NCBI GenBank assembly: GCA_903919375.1
Contig: CAIXHZ010000067.1
Span: 10,291-74,290, forward strand
DNA from: an uncultured Actinomycetes bacterium
Lineage (GTDB): Bacteria > Actinomycetota > Actinomycetes > Nanopelagicales > Nanopelagicaceae
Reading direction: 5' to 3'
DNA length: 64,000 nt
The notes under the pieces are model-generated. The model saw only the letters and a list, made by a program, of their open reading frames with translations, was not told the origin of the DNA and ran no database searches. A program made the translations under genes and the position numbers. Positions 50,798 through 63,919 of the stretch are shown here, one piece after another (the stretch's first letter is position 1; each line of letters starts with the position of its first letter).

Positions 50798-52342
50798 TTA
50801 TGCGTGTGAGAAGTGGCGAACGCCAGTAAAGAACATTGGAATTCCGGCTGCTGCAGCAGCGGCGATCACTTCTTCATCTCGAACTGATCCACCCGGTGCA
50901 ACGACGGCGCTAACGCCGGCATCAATCAAAATTTGTAGTCCATCGGCAAATGGGAAGAAGGCATCACTTGATGCGACAGCGCCTTGTGCGCGATCACCCG
51001 CTCGCGAGACCGCCAATCGAGCTGAATCCACACGATTGACTTGACCCATTCCCACGCCTACCGATGCCCCATCTTTAGCTAGCAAAATAGCATTGCTCTT
51101 TACAGCGCGAACACTTCGCCAAGCAAAAGCAAGGTCGGCAAGCAGGTCTGCTGAAACTGCTCCCCCAGAAACTTGCTTCCAATTCTTTGGATCATCGCCA
51201 GGTGCATCGATGAGGTCAGTCTGCTGAACCAAAATCCCACCCGAGATCGGACGCATTTCTACAGGGTTAGTTTCGTAGCCCTTGATCTCCAAAATACGAA
51301 TCGATGGTTTCTTTGCAAGTATGTCAATGGCACCGGCTTCATAACCTGGCGCGATAACTACTTCAGTAAAGATTTCTGCAAGTTTGCTTGCCATCGCGAC
51401 CGAAACTGCCCGGTTGGCTGCAACCACGCCACCGAAAGCTGAAACTGGATCGCATTCATGGGCGCGCAAGTGAGCCGTGGCAATATCTGATGCAATCGCA
51501 ATGCCGCATGGATTGGCGTGCTTGATAATGGCGACGCATGGATCGGCATGATCATAGGCGGCGCGAACTGCAGCATCGCCATCGGTGTAATTATTGAAGG
51601 ACATCTCCTTACCGTGGTGCTGAATGGCGCTTGTAATCCCAGAAGTGATGTGCGGCTTGGTCGCAAAGGCTGCAGCTCCTTGATGGGGATTTTCACCATA
51701 TCGAAGTTCCGAAATCTTTTCGAAAATTTGGGCGTGCCACGTTCTGTCATTGAGTTGTTGGCCGAGCCATTGCGCGATAGCCGCATCGTATTCCGCAGTT
51801 TTGCGGAATGTCTCCATTGCCAGAGCCGAGCGCTCGGCAAGCGTAAAACCGCCCGCAGCTAAGGCATGGGTGAGCAAGCCATACTGCGATGGATCAGAGA
51901 TGACGGCAACGGAACCATGATTTTTGGCAGCACCTCGAAGCATGCTCGGCCCACCAATATCGATCTGCTCAATACATTCGGCATAGGAAGCGCCCGATGC
52001 GATTGTTTCGCTGAAGGGATAGAGGTTGACGATGATCAATTCGAAAGTATCAATATTCTGTTCTTTGATGGCAGCCAGATGTGATGGGTCATTCTGATCG
52101 GCGAGAATTCCACCATGGATGCGTGGATGCAACGTCTTTACTCGACCACCCATCATCTCGGGAAAGCCCGTGTACTCCTCTACTGGCAGGACAGCGATAC
52201 CAGCGGCTTGCAGCGTCTTGGCAGTCGAGCCAGTGGAGAGAATTTCAATTCCCTTATCGGAAAGGGCGCGACCTAACTCGACCAATCCAGTCTTGTCATA
52301 AACACTGATAAGTGCGCGATGAATAGCTTTGCGTTCTGTCAT
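50798..52342 (-). CDS. purH: AICAR transformylase/IMP cyclohydrolase
   Basis: [45 protein letters not shown]. Confidence 0.97.
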   Translation of the reverse strand: MTERKAIHRALISVYDKTGLVELGRALSDKGIEILSTGSTAKTLQAAGIAVLPVEEYTGFPEMMGGRVKTLHPRIHGGILADQNDPSHLAAIKEQNIDTFELIIVNLYPFSETIASGASYAECIEQIDIGGPSMLRGAAKNHGSVAVISDPSQYGLLTHALAAGGFTLAERSALAMETFRKTAEYDAAIAQWLGQQLNDRTWHAQIFEKISELRYGENPHQGAAAFATKPHITSGITSAIQHHGKEMSFNNYTDGDAAVRAAYDHADPCVAIIKHANPCGIAIASDIATAHLRAHECDPVSAFGGVVAANRAVSVAMASKLAEIFTEVVIAPGYEAGAIDILAKKPSIRILEIKGYETNPVEMRPISGGILVQQTDLIDAPGDDPKNWKQVSGGAVSADLLADLAFAWRSVRAVKSNAILLAKDGASVGVGMGQVNRVDSARLAVSRAGDRAQGAVASSDAFFPFADGLQILIDAGVSAVVAPGGSVRDEEVIAAAAAAGIPMFFTGVRHFSHA

Positions 52343-52351
52343 GAGAGTTTA

Positions 52352-52921
52352 TTAACCGTCACTTCCGGGTATGCCTATTCGGGCGAATTTCTGAAGGGTC
52401 TCCACGATGAGCAACCGTTCCTCAATCTTAATACGTTCATGCAGGCTATCTTCACTATCGCCCGCCACAATCGCCACTTCGCGCTGTGAAATGACTGCAC
52501 CGGTATCTACCCCAGCATCGACCCAGTGCACGGTGGTTCCCGTAACGCTAGCGCCAGCCTGCAACGCATCGCGCACTGCATGAGCCCCAGGGAAATGTGG
52601 CAATAAGGCGGGGTGGGTATTGATGACTTTAAAGTGCTCAACAAAATTGGCAGCCAGGATGCGCATAAATCCAACGCTCACCACTAGATCGGGTGCGATC
52701 TCTTTAACGGTCTCAAATATTTCGCGATCCCACTCACTTCGCTCGGCTTTCATGGGGATAAGGGCCGTGGGAAGGTTTCGACCCTTCGCGATCTTCAAGA
52801 TCGGAGCATCTTTATCGGAGATCACCATCGCAATGTCAATGGTGAGATCGCCGCTATCGATCGCAGCAAATATCGCACTAGCCAGTGAGCCGGCGCCCGA
52901 TGCCAGCAGAACTACCTTCAC
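52352..52921 (-). CDS. purN: Phosphoribosylglycinamide formyltransferase
   Basis: GFMRIL, INTHPALLP, HWVDAGVDTG. Confidence 0.95.
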   Translation of the reverse strand: MKVVLLASGAGSLASAIFAAIDSGDLTIDIAMVISDKDAPILKIAKGRNLPTALIPMKAERSEWDREIFETVKEIAPDLVVSVGFMRILAANFVEHFKVINTHPALLPHFPGAHAVRDALQAGASVTGTTVHWVDAGVDTGAVISQREVAIVAGDSEDSLHERIKIEERLLIVETLQKFARIGIPGSDG

Positions 52922-54042
52922 TCTGACTCCACCAACTCTGAAAGGTCTTGCTCATTGCGTTCTGCTCGGCGGGCGCGGATATTCGAAACTAGTGATGGCA
53001 TTGCGATCATCACCATGAGAGCAAGAAGAGCGCAACTCGCATAAATAGCATCGATATACCACCAGCGAACTCCCACAGGGCTCATCTCTTTGGTGAGCAA
53101 TTCGCCAGATGCTAAAAAGCCTCCTAGCGAAATAAGAACGAGTGAGAAGGCGATCTCCGTGAAAGCGCTTCGATAGCGATGTATCGATCTGCGAGCCCGG
53201 ACCATTTGTGCAACCACTAATACCAGAATCAGAATATTGCTGATTAAATAGAGCGGATGTTTTCCATTGGGGAGAGCCGCTAAGAGCGGAATTGCTGGAA
53301 TTCCATGTATCGAGAAATGCAGTGGTGAGAGCGCAGTATGCGCGCCCATCGTTACTCCCGCGCCGGTGAAGTAGCCCAGCGCCACAATTGCTACATTGGG
53401 GAGATAGGCAATTTGGATAGCCAGTAAAAGCGCGCCGCCCACAATTCCCGGCTGATCGACAACAGTAAGATTGTGTAAAAGTGCGTGGTGAGCAAAGAGC
53501 GAGAAAGCTGCCACAACTCCAGCGAGGCCAACAATTGTCGCCCAACTCCAATAAGTAAATCGAAGGATTTGTAAACGCTTCACTGGAAGAGATATCCCTG
53601 CTACGAGAGCGATCAGAACAGGATAAATGGCGGCGGTCAGAAGGTCTGCTTTAATGGGTTCGCTACTGCTCGCCAAGGCCAGAGCAACCGAGATCAGGCC
53701 ATACCAAAGCGTGAAGAAGATTCGTGAGGCGCGAAGATTTCCGGTTACTTCAGCGCTACGAGAAATTCCAGAGCGGATGATTGTGATGGGAAGTAGCGCT
53801 GCAGCAATCGGCAAAATCGTGAGTGCACCAGCAATGTGCGCCGGCGGAAGTGCCAGGCTGAAATGAACAAGGTGCGATGCCAACCAGAGCCATGCCGCTG
53901 CTCGGATAGGGTCGGTGGTATTTCCCGAACTACTTCCAGCCGTTGCCCAAGCAATAAGTGCAATAAAAGTGAGCGGAAAGATCAGAAGCGCAACGCTGCG
54001 TAACGCCTGTTGAAGGGTAATCAACAGGATGCGAGCGGCCAT
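52918..54042 (-). CDS. PerM/DUF6350-like polytopic membrane protein
   Basis: About ten TMs, WLASH and YLPN..P.IPLLAALP motifs; conserved sucD-X-purN position. Confidence 0.75.
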   Translation of the reverse strand: MAARILLITLQQALRSVALLIFPLTFIALIAWATAGSSSGNTTDPIRAAAWLWLASHLVHFSLALPPAHIAGALTILPIAAALLPITIIRSGISRSAEVTGNLRASRIFFTLWYGLISVALALASSSEPIKADLLTAAIYPVLIALVAGISLPVKRLQILRFTYWSWATIVGLAGVVAAFSLFAHHALLHNLTVVDQPGIVGGALLLAIQIAYLPNVAIVALGYFTGAGVTMGAHTALSPLHFSIHGIPAIPLLAALPNGKHPLYLISNILILVLVVAQMVRARRSIHRYRSAFTEIAFSLVLISLGGFLASGELLTKEMSPVGVRWWYIDAIYASCALLALMVMIAMPSLVSNIRARRAERNEQDLSELVESE

Positions 54043-54057
54043 AGATATTTTTTGGAG

Positions 54058-54942
54058 TTAGCGGTTCTGAAGAATCGCACGCATCAGCGCAGCAGTTTCG
54101 CTGGGAGTCTTACCGACTTTAACGCCCACTGCTTCGAGTGCATCCTTTTTCGCTGCTGCAGTTCCGGATGAACCCGAAACAATTGCGCCAGCGTGACCCA
54201 TCGTCTTACCTTCAGGGGCGGTAAAACCAGCAACATAACCAACCACTGGCTTGGTGACATATTCACCAATGAATGCAGCTGCACGCTCTTCGGCATCGCC
54301 ACCGATTTCACCGATCATGACGATCGCATCAGTATCGGGATCATCTTGGAATGCACGAAGGCAATCGATATGTGTTGTTCCGATAATGGGGTCGCCACCA
54401 ATACCAACAGCAGTAGAGAAACCAAAGTCGCGAAGTTCGTACATCATTTGGTAAGTCAGAGTTCCGGACTTGGAAACTAAACCGATCCGGCCAGGTCCCG
54501 TGATATCGGCTGGAATAATTCCGACATTAGATTTTCCGGGGCTGATGAGCCCTGGGCAGTTAGGCCCGATTAAACGAGTGGTGCCCTTCTCTACCGCATA
54601 GGCGTAGAAAGCAGCTGAGTCATGAACCGGAATTCCTTCGGTGATCACTACGACCAGCGGAATAGCAGCATCGATTGCATCGATGACAGCAGCTTTAGCA
54701 AACTTAGGCGGAACAAAAACTACAGATGCATTAGCCCCAGTTGCGGCGATTGCTTCGGCGACAGTATTAAAGACTGGAAGTGAGGTGCCATCGATATCGA
54801 CAACTTGGCCGCCTTTGCCGGGAGTAACGCCACCAACAACTTTAGTGCCAGAAGCGAGCATGCGACGAGTGTGCTTTGTTCCTTCGGATCCCGTCATACC
54901 TTGGACGATTAACCGGGTCTGATCATTAATAAAGATAGCCAT
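54058..54942 (-). CDS. sucD: Succinyl-CoA synthetase alpha subunit
   Basis: [25 protein letters not shown]. Confidence 0.97.
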   Translation of the reverse strand: MAIFINDQTRLIVQGMTGSEGTKHTRRMLASGTKVVGGVTPGKGGQVVDIDGTSLPVFNTVAEAIAATGANASVVFVPPKFAKAAVIDAIDAAIPLVVVITEGIPVHDSAAFYAYAVEKGTTRLIGPNCPGLISPGKSNVGIIPADITGPGRIGLVSKSGTLTYQMMYELRDFGFSTAVGIGGDPIIGTTHIDCLRAFQDDPDTDAIVMIGEIGGDAEERAAAFIGEYVTKPVVGYVAGFTAPEGKTMGHAGAIVSGSSGTAAAKKDALEAVGVKVGKTPSETAALMRAILQNR

Positions 54943-56103
54943 TTACTTTGCCGCCAATTCTGCTGCGCGTGCAGCTGCGCCATCCATAGTGTCGAGCTGA
55001 GTAACAAGTGGGTGAGCCGCTTCATTGAGAATCCGACGTCCCTCTAAAACATTGTTTCCATCGAGGCGAACGACAATCGGCTTAGTGGCCTTATCGCCCA
55101 AGATGGCGAGCGCTGCAACGATTCCGTTGGCAACTGCGTCGCAAGCAGTGATTCCACCAAAGACGTTTACAAATACTGAGCGAACATCGGGATCTCCCAA
55201 GATGATTGAAAGTCCGTTAGCCATCACCTCTGAGGAAGCACCGCCACCAATGTCGAGGAAGTTTGCCGGTTTAACGCCATACTTTTCGCCCGCGTAAGCA
55301 ACGACATCGAGGGTCGACATCACCAGTCCAGCGCCATTTCCAATAATGCCAACTTCGCCTTCAAGCTTGACGTAATTCAAGCCCTTCTCTTTGGCGAGCG
55401 CTTCCAGTGGATTAGCTGCGGCATGATCGACGAGATCTTCGTGAGTTGGATGGCGGAAGCCCGCGTTATCGTCCAACGTTACTTTGCCATCGAGTGCAAC
55501 GACTTTTCCATCTTGAGTTTTTACCAGCGGATTGATCTCCATCAAGGTTGCATCTTCGGCAACGAAGGCGTCCCACAGCTTGAGCAGAACTGCTTCTACT
55601 TGAGGGGCGATATCAGCGGGGAACTGACCTTTAGCCACAATTTCTTGTGCAGTAGCTGCGCTGATTCCTTTGTTGGGATCGATTCCGACGCGAGCAAGTT
55701 TTTCGGGAGAGGTATGTGCGACTTCTTCGATCTCCATACCGCCAGCGACGGATGCCATGACTAGGAAATTACGATTGGCGCGATCAAGCAAGATTGCCAG
55801 GTAGTACTCGGCTTCGATGGGAGCGGCTTCGGCGATCATCACCTGATGAACGGTGTGGCCCTTAATATCCATCCCGAGGATTGCTTCTGCCTTTACGCGC
55901 GCATCGGCTGCATCTTCAGCGAGCTTGACGCCGCCAGCCTTGCCGCGACCGCCGACCTTGACCTGCGCCTTAACTACTACGCGACCGCCAATCTTTGCTG
56001 CTGCCTTCTCTGCTTCATCAGGAGTGGTAGCGACTGCGCCACCAAGCACTGGTACTCCGTGAGATTCGAAAAGATCACGAGCTTGATACTCGTAGAGATC
56101 CAT
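54943..56103 (-). CDS. sucC: Succinyl-CoA synthetase beta subunit
   Basis: [38 protein letters not shown]. Confidence 0.97.
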   Translation of the reverse strand: MDLYEYQARDLFESHGVPVLGGAVATTPDEAEKAAAKIGGRVVVKAQVKVGGRGKAGGVKLAEDAADARVKAEAILGMDIKGHTVHQVMIAEAAPIEAEYYLAILLDRANRNFLVMASVAGGMEIEEVAHTSPEKLARVGIDPNKGISAATAQEIVAKGQFPADIAPQVEAVLLKLWDAFVAEDATLMEINPLVKTQDGKVVALDGKVTLDDNAGFRHPTHEDLVDHAAANPLEALAKEKGLNYVKLEGEVGIIGNGAGLVMSTLDVVAYAGEKYGVKPANFLDIGGGASSEVMANGLSIILGDPDVRSVFVNVFGGITACDAVANGIVAALAILGDKATKPIVVRLDGNNVLEGRRILNEAAHPLVTQLDTMDGAAARAAELAAK

Positions 56104-56164
56104 TGAGCTACCCCATTCGCTAAAGCGCTACCGCCGAAAGATATAGACCAATCCTAATGGGAAT

Positions 56165-58438
56165 CTAAAGCTTCTCCACCGGCGCATAGCGAAGCAAAAG
56201 ACGCTTCTCGCCGGCACTTCCGAAGTTGATGGTCGCCTCTGCGCGATCACCCGCACCATTGACTCCCACTACGGTGCCGAGCCCAAATGTGTCATGGGAC
56301 ACACGATCCCCCACGGCCAGAACCATCGTCTCTGAACTCTTTCGTCCGGTCGCTCGTGGTGCTGGCATGAAAGCGGATGAACGAGTGAGCGATGATGATC
56401 GGGTTCCTGATCCATATGCGCCACTTCCGATGGAGCGATCGATCGAGGATGTGCGTTCATTCCATTTCACGAGACCTTCTGGAATTTCTTCCAAGAAACG
56501 TGATGGTGGGTTATATGCAGGAGCGCCCCACGCGCTTCGATATTCCGAACGAGAGAGATAAAGTCTTTCACGGGCGCGAGTAAGTCCAACATATGCCAAT
56601 CGCCGTTCCTCTTCGACCTCTTCCTTTGCGCCAAGGGTGCGTGAATGAGGGAAGATCCCCTCTTCCATTCCTGTTAAGAAGACGGTGGGAAATTCCAATC
56701 CCTTTGCAGTGTGAAGAGTCATGAGCGTAACCACGCCACCATGTTCTTCACCATCGGGAATTTGATCAGAATCAGCTACGAGTGCAACATCTTCCAAAAA
56801 TCCAAGAAGTGAGATCTCTTCACCCTCATCAACTTCGGATTGCTCGTATTCCACGGCAACTGAGACAAGTTCTTCAAGGTTCTCGACGCGTGATTCATCT
56901 TGCGGATCATCGCTCTTCTGAAGTTCGTGTAGCAAACCACTCTGCTCAAGTACCGCTTGGGCAATCACTGATGGCGCAGTCTTTGCTTCTACCAAAGTCT
57001 GGAGGGAATGAATGAGGTGCACAAAATCAGTGATTGCGGCGATCGCGCGGGTAGGAATATCAGGGACTCGTGCGGCATCGCAGAGGGCGCTCCAGAAGGA
57101 GATGCCAGCGTTGCGCGAATGTAAGTCAACAGTGTCCAAAGCGCGATCGCCAATTCCACGCTTAGGGGTATTAATAATTCGACGAAGTGATACTTCATCT
57201 TCGGGATTTACCAATACTCGCAAATAACCTAAGAAATCTTTAACTTCTTTTCGTTCGTAGAAGCGCAAGCCACCAACGACTTTATAAGGGATTGAACTGC
57301 GAAGGAAAGCCTCTTCAAAGACTCGAGATTGAGCGTTGGTGCGATAGAAGATCGCGGTATCGCCAGGCTTAGATTCGTTCTCATCTCGCAGCCGGTTGAT
57401 CTCATCAACGATGTATTTAGCTTCATCGTGTTCTGATTCGGCGATGTATCCGATTATTCCCGCGCCGCTGCCCGACTCAGACCACAAGTTCTTTTCACGT
57501 CGACCGGCGTTATTGGCAATAACGGCATTGGCGGCGCTCAAAATATTTTGGGTTGATCGATAATTCTGTTCAAGCAAGATCGTTGTGGCATCCTGATAAT
57601 CGGATTCAAATTGCAGAATATTGCGAATATTGGCGCCTCGAAAGGCATAGATCGATTGATCAGCATCGCCCACAACACAGAGTTCAGCGATCGGAAAACC
57701 ATCGGTGGTGGTACCCACTAATTCTTTAATAAAGATATATTGCGCTTGGTTGGTATCTTGATATTCATCAACCAAGATATGACGGAAGCGAGAGCGATAA
57801 CGCGCCTTTGCCTCTGGATAGCGCTGGAATAATTCGACCGTCTTGCCGATGAGATCATCGAAATCCATCGCATTGGCACTCACTAAGCGGCGTTGATAAT
57901 GCGCAAAGACTTCTGCTGCTACCTGCGCGAAGGGATCGCTGGCAGTGTGAAGATAATCAGCTGGTCCCATTAATTCATTCTTCGCTGTTGAAATCAGAGC
58001 TTGAACTGCGCGCGGTGCAAATTTCTTCGAATCCAAGTTCATATCTTTCATCACCTGCGATATGAGCTTCTGTGAATCACTCGAGTCATAAATTGTAAAA
58101 GAGTTGGAGTAGCCCAAGCGCGCGGCCTCTTGGCGCAAAATGCGGACACATGCTGAGTGAAATGTGGAGACCCACATCGAGCGGGCGCGATCTCCCACGA
58201 GTTCGGCCACGCGCTCCTTCATTTCACCGGCAGCTTTATTGGTAAAAGTGATCGCGAGAATTTCGTAGGGGGCGACTGCCCGGGCAGCCAGTAGGTAGGC
58301 AATTCGACGGGTGAGAACTCTGGTCTTGCCCGATCCGGCACCAGCAACCACCAAGAGCGGCGTGCCCTCGTGGATAACGGCAGCTTGCTGCTGGGGATTG
58401 AGGCCCGTGAGCAGGTCGGCATGGTTTGTTGGAGACAC
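56165..58438 (-). CDS. pcrA: PcrA/UvrD DNA helicase
   Basis: AGAGSGKT, TFTNKAA, VDEYQD, GDADQSIY, NYRST, HTAKGLEF, EERRLAYV, C-terminal Tudor-like domain. Confidence 0.96.
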   Translation of the reverse strand: MSPTNHADLLTGLNPQQQAAVIHEGTPLLVVAGAGSGKTRVLTRRIAYLLAARAVAPYEILAITFTNKAAGEMKERVAELVGDRARSMWVSTFHSACVRILRQEAARLGYSNSFTIYDSSDSQKLISQVMKDMNLDSKKFAPRAVQALISTAKNELMGPADYLHTASDPFAQVAAEVFAHYQRRLVSANAMDFDDLIGKTVELFQRYPEAKARYRSRFRHILVDEYQDTNQAQYIFIKELVGTTTDGFPIAELCVVGDADQSIYAFRGANIRNILQFESDYQDATTILLEQNYRSTQNILSAANAVIANNAGRREKNLWSESGSGAGIIGYIAESEHDEAKYIVDEINRLRDENESKPGDTAIFYRTNAQSRVFEEAFLRSSIPYKVVGGLRFYERKEVKDFLGYLRVLVNPEDEVSLRRIINTPKRGIGDRALDTVDLHSRNAGISFWSALCDAARVPDIPTRAIAAITDFVHLIHSLQTLVEAKTAPSVIAQAVLEQSGLLHELQKSDDPQDESRVENLEELVSVAVEYEQSEVDEGEEISLLGFLEDVALVADSDQIPDGEEHGGVVTLMTLHTAKGLEFPTVFLTGMEEGIFPHSRTLGAKEEVEEERRLAYVGLTRARERLYLSRSEYRSAWGAPAYNPPSRFLEEIPEGLVKWNERTSSIDRSIGSGAYGSGTRSSSLTRSSAFMPAPRATGRKSSETMVLAVGDRVSHDTFGLGTVVGVNGAGDRAEATINFGSAGEKRLLLRYAPVEKL

Positions 58439-58479
58439 GGGTGGAGTCTAACCGCTCAAATATCTGCCAAAATCAGCCC

Positions 58480-59205
58480 ATGAGCCCACTTCCAGATTCC
58501 GAAATCCAACGCATCCTCATCGTTACCGCCCACCCCGATGATCTCGATTTTGGCGCCGGTGGCACTATCGCGCAATGGACTGCAGCGGGAATCGAAGTCT
58601 CCTATTGCATCTGCACCAATGGCGATCAAGGCGGAGAAGATCCAGATGTTCCTCGCGAAGAGATGCCTAAGATTCGCCAACGCGAACAACGTCATGCCGG
58701 TGAGATTCTTGGCGTTACCAATATTGAATTCCTCAACTATCGCGATGGTTGGCTAGAACCCACCATTGAGTTACGTAAGAAAATCGTCCGTGAGATTCGC
58801 AAGGTGAAGCCAGATCGCATGGTCATTCAAAGTCCAGAGCGAAATTGGGATCGAATTGGCGCTAGCCACCCTGATCACTTAGCTGCAGGAGAGGCTGCCA
58901 TCCAAGCGGTCTATCCAGACGCACGAAACTCATTTGCCTTCGAAGATCTCCTGAAGGATGAAGGTCATGAACCCTGGAAGGTGAAAGAAGTTTGGGTGAT
59001 GTCTCATAACGCACCCGATCATTATGTTGATATCACTTCCACCTTCGACAAGAAGATTGCCGCGCTCCACGCGCATGTCAGTCAGACCGCGCACAACTCG
59101 GAAATGCCCAAGATGGTCCGTGAGTGGGGCGAGCGAAATGCTCAAGCTATGGGACTACCTGAAGGACACGTGGCCGAGGTCTTCCGCATAGTTAATACAA
59201 ATTAA
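58480..59205 (+). CDS. PIG-L family deacetylase
   Basis: AHPDD, TNGD.G, HPDH, DIT...KK..AL..H.SQ; start moved to ATG 58480. Confidence 0.9.
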   Translation: MSPLPDSEIQRILIVTAHPDDLDFGAGGTIAQWTAAGIEVSYCICTNGDQGGEDPDVPREEMPKIRQREQRHAGEILGVTNIEFLNYRDGWLEPTIELRKKIVREIRKVKPDRMVIQSPERNWDRIGASHPDHLAAGEAAIQAVYPDARNSFAFEDLLKDEGHEPWKVKEVWVMSHNAPDHYVDITSTFDKKIAALHAHVSQTAHNSEMPKMVREWGERNAQAMGLPEGHVAEVFRIVNTN

Positions 59206-59236
59206 TAACGTCCCATTAATTTGTAGGAAGAGTTAA

Positions 59237-59947
59237 TTACTTAACGATCTCTTTTTCGATGGCGACGGTCTGCGCCGGTGTTCCATCAGTCGCACCATTT
59301 GCTACGCCCTTGGCTGCAATTGCTTTGAGAATATCTAACCCCTGGGTGATCTGACCCCAAATGGTGTAGTTCGGTCCAAGCGTTGTATCGGCATAGACCA
59401 AGAAGAACTGGCTGCTATTGGTGTTTGGGCCTGAATTCGCCATGGCAACGGTGCCAGCTGGGTAATCATTAGCCTTGTAGACCGGCAAATTCTCATCGCG
59501 GTATGTGAACTTAGCGCCACTGGTACCAGTCGCCGTGGGGTCGCCGCATTGAAGTACGAAGATTCCTTGTGTGGTGAGGCGATGACAGAGTGAGCCATCG
59601 AAGAATCCTTGTGAGGCCAAGCTGGTCATCGCTGAAACGGTGAAGGGTGCTTTCGATGTAAATGCATCAATCACGATCGTTCCACAATTAGTCGTGAGAG
59701 TGAAAGTCTTATCTTGCGCGGTATTTTTAATGAGTGTAGGAAGAGCGACATCTTTTGGTGCATGTCCAACTACAGAGGTTGCTGCGCAATGAAGCCCAGC
59801 GGAAGTAGCAGCAGCCTTGGGCGTTGCTGCAGCCTTAGGGGCAGCAGCTTTAGGAGCTGGCTTTGGCTTCGCCGCTGCATAGGAAGTAGATACTCCTAGC
59901 GCCAACACTGAAATCGCAAGCGTGGCAACGATGCTCTTCTTAATCAT
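59237..59947 (-). CDS. Exported cyclophilin-type peptidyl-prolyl isomerase
   Basis: Signal peptide, Lys/Ala/Pro linker, CHRLT, LQCGDPT, AMANSGPNTNSSQFF. Confidence 0.9.
   Translation of the reverse strand: MIKKSIVATLAISVLALGVSTSYAAAKPKPAPKAAAPKAAATPKAAATSAGLHCAATSVVGHAPKDVALPTLIKNTAQDKTFTLTTNCGTIVIDAFTSKAPFTVSAMTSLASQGFFDGSLCHRLTTQGIFVLQCGDPTATGTSGAKFTYRDENLPVYKANDYPAGTVAMANSGPNTNSSQFFLVYADTTLGPNYTIWGQITQGLDILKAIAAKGVANGATDGTPAQTVAIEKEIVK
59806..59880 (-). repeat. Low-complexity PKAAA coding repeat in the cyclophilin linker
   Basis: AAAKPKPAPKAAAPKAAATPKAAATS; imperfect DNA repeats. Confidence 0.7.
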
Positions 59948-59951
59948 GCTC

Positions 59952-61502
59952 TTACTCCCACTCAATAGTTCCTGGTGGCTTTGATGTGACATCTAAGACC
60001 ACTCGGTTAACTTCACGAACTTCATTGGTGATTCGTGTCGAAATTTTCTCTAACACATCATACGGAACTCGTGACCAATCTGCAGTCATCGCATCCTCAG
60101 AACTTACTGGGCGAAGTACGATCGGATGTCCGTAGGTACGACCATCGCCTTGCACGCCCACGCTGCGAACTCCTGCTAAAAGCACTACTGGGCACTGCCA
60201 AATGACACGATCAAGTTCGGCACGCTTGAGTTCTTCGCGAGCGATTGAATCAGCACGGCGCAAAATTTCCAGATTATTCTCAGTCACTTCACCGACAATT
60301 CGAATCGCAAGTCCAGGACCTGGGAATGGTTGGCGCCAGACAATCTCCTCGGGAAGGCCTAGTTGCAGGCCAGCTTCCCGAACTTCATCTTTGAAGAGAG
60401 AGCGCAGCGGCTCGATCAATGTGAATTGCAGATCATCGGGAAGCCCGCCCACGTTGTGGTGCGACTTAATATTTGCCGTACCTTCTCCCCCGCCCGATTC
60501 AACTACATCGGGATAGAGCGTTCCTTGAACGAGAAAGTCAATGGACTCTTCTGCAGATACTTCCCGGGCAGCTGCCTCAAAGACGCGGATAAATTCAGTG
60601 CCAATAATCTTTCGCTTGGTCTCGGGATCAGTAACGCCAGCAAGTGCCTCCAGGAATCGTTCCTTGGCATCAACGACGTGAAGTGAGACGCCAGTGGATG
60701 CGACGAAATCTTTTTCAACTTGCTCGGCTTCGCCTTCGCGCAAGAGACCATGATCGACAAAGACGCAGGTGAGTTGTGCTCCTACCGCCTTCTGAACAAT
60801 GGCTGCCGCAACAGCTGAATCGACTCCACCGGAGAGTCCACAGAGGACGCGCTTGCTTCCAACCGCTTCTTTAATGCGGGCAACTTCCATCGCCACAATA
60901 TTTTCAGAGTTCCACGATGGCGTACAACCGACGATATCAATCAACCAACGACGCAATATCTCTTGGCCATTTTCGGAGTGAAGAACCTCGGGGTGCCATT
61001 GAACGCCAGCAAATTGGGCATCGGCACTTTCAAAGGCGATGATCGGAGTGGCATCGGTCGCTGCGGTAGAGATAAATCCAGCAGGTACCTCAGTCACAGA
61101 ATCTCCATGGGACATCCAGACATTGAAGCCACTGGGAAGTCCACCGAGAAGTTTGGATTCGCCCTTGTGTGACATAGCGGTGCGACCGAACTCTGACTTT
61201 CCGGTCTGAGTAACTACGCCACCGAGTGCAGCGGCCATGGCTTGGAATCCGTAACAAATTCCAAAGACGGGAATGCCCTGGGTGAAAAGTGCTGGATCTA
61301 CTTTGGGTGCACCAGGTGCATAAACCGACGATGGGCCACCGGAGAGAATGATTGCTTTCGGTTTCTTTGCAAGCATCTGCTCGACCGGCATTGAGGACGG
61401 AACAATCTCCGAGTAAACCTGAGCTTGGCGAACGCGACGTGCGATGAGTTGCGCGTACTGCGCACCAAAATCTACAACTAATACTTTTTCGAGATTAGGC
61501 AC
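59952..61502 (-). CDS. guaA: GMP synthase (glutamine-hydrolysing)
   Basis: [39 protein letters not shown]. Confidence 0.97.
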   Translation of the reverse strand: MPNLEKVLVVDFGAQYAQLIARRVRQAQVYSEIVPSSMPVEQMLAKKPKAIILSGGPSSVYAPGAPKVDPALFTQGIPVFGICYGFQAMAAALGGVVTQTGKSEFGRTAMSHKGESKLLGGLPSGFNVWMSHGDSVTEVPAGFISTAATDATPIIAFESADAQFAGVQWHPEVLHSENGQEILRRWLIDIVGCTPSWNSENIVAMEVARIKEAVGSKRVLCGLSGGVDSAVAAAIVQKAVGAQLTCVFVDHGLLREGEAEQVEKDFVASTGVSLHVVDAKERFLEALAGVTDPETKRKIIGTEFIRVFEAAAREVSAEESIDFLVQGTLYPDVVESGGGEGTANIKSHHNVGGLPDDLQFTLIEPLRSLFKDEVREAGLQLGLPEEIVWRQPFPGPGLAIRIVGEVTENNLEILRRADSIAREELKRAELDRVIWQCPVVLLAGVRSVGVQGDGRTYGHPIVLRPVSSEDAMTADWSRVPYDVLEKISTRITNEVREVNRVVLDVTSKPPGTIEWE

Positions 61503-62607
61503 GATCGATGACGACCTCTACGCGCTGGAACTCCTTGATATCGGAGTAGCCAGTGGTGGCAACTGCGCGACGCAGTGCGCCAAAGAGATTCATGCTGCCA
61601 TCGGCAGTGTGTGATGGACCAACCAAAATCTCTTCCAGAGTTCCGACCGTTCCCACTTGAACACGATTCCCACGAGGGAGTTCTGCGTGATGTGCCTCAG
61701 ATCCCCAGTGCCATCCTTGGCCTGGTGCTTCATGTGCCTTAGCAAGTGGCGATCCCATCATGACCGCATCGGCGCCGCAGGCAATCGCTTTAGCGATATC
61801 GCCGGATTTACCGACAGAACCATCTGCAATAACGTGAACATAGCGTCCGCCAGATTCATCCATGTAATCTCGGCGAGCAGAGGCCACTTCGGCAACAGCA
61901 GAGGCCATCGGCACAGCAAGTCCGAGTACGGAGCGAGTTGTGTGCGCCGCTCCTCCACCAAATCCGACGAGTACACCTGCTGCGCCAGCGCGCATTAAGT
62001 GGAGTGCACCAGTCGCAGTAGCGCAGCCACCCACGATGACTGGTACATCGAGTTCGTAGATAAATTTCTTCAAATTAAGAGCTGAACCTTCAGCGGCGAC
62101 GTGCTCTGCAGAAACTGTTGTTCCGCGAATGACGAAGATATCAACGCCAGCCTTAATAACCGCCTGGTGAAGTTCGGCAGTGCGCTGAGGTGAAAGCGCA
62201 GCGGCTACAGTGACACCAGCATCACGAATGGTCTTGATGCGTTCAGCGATGAGATCTGGGCGAATGGGCGCGGCATAGATCTCTTGCATGCGGCGAATCG
62301 CCTTATCTTGTGGCATCGAGGCGATCTCGCCTAATTGGATACGTGGATCTTCATGGCGAGTCCAGAGTCCCTCAAGGTTAAGAACGCCGAGGCCACCGAG
62401 CTTGCCGATCGCAATTGCGGTCTCCGGTGAAACGACTGAATCCATAGGAGCTGCCAACATGGGGAGATCGAATTTATATGCATCGATCTGCCACGTAATA
62501 GAAGTCTGCTCGGGATCACGCGTACGACGGCTGGGAACGATGGCAATATCGTCAAAAGAATATGCAACACGGGCGCGCTTGCTCGGGCCGATCTCAATTT
62601 CGTTCAT
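61495..62607 (-). CDS. guaB3: GuaB3 family IMPDH-related protein
   Basis: [40 protein letters not shown]; GGGAAHTT where IMPDH has the catalytic Cys loop. Confidence 0.9.
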   Translation of the reverse strand: MNEIEIGPSKRARVAYSFDDIAIVPSRRTRDPEQTSITWQIDAYKFDLPMLAAPMDSVVSPETAIAIGKLGGLGVLNLEGLWTRHEDPRIQLGEIASMPQDKAIRRMQEIYAAPIRPDLIAERIKTIRDAGVTVAAALSPQRTAELHQAVIKAGVDIFVIRGTTVSAEHVAAEGSALNLKKFIYELDVPVIVGGCATATGALHLMRAGAAGVLVGFGGGAAHTTRSVLGLAVPMASAVAEVASARRDYMDESGGRYVHVIADGSVGKSGDIAKAIACGADAVMMGSPLAKAHEAPGQGWHWGSEAHHAELPRGNRVQVGTVGTLEEILVGPSHTADGSMNLFGALRRAVATTGYSDIKEFQRVEVVIDRA

Positions 62608-62612
62608 AAAAA

Positions 62613-63743
<1,131 letters not shown>

Positions 63744-63919
63744 CTAATCGGGTAGCGCCTGAGGCCTAAATCACGGCCGATGGCAGGAATATTCATTCAC
63801 AGGGATTTGTTACCCCTTCGTAACCTCCCTTTAAAGTGGGGAGTTTAGATTGACCCATATGTAGTCCAGCAGAACCAAGTCCAGCAGGAACCCCATCTGG
63901 AGAAAGTAGGGAGATTCTT

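Noticed and set aside
50785-52351. ZTP riboswitch ahead of purH or folD
   Set aside because: The gaps are only 9 and 13 nt, leaving no room
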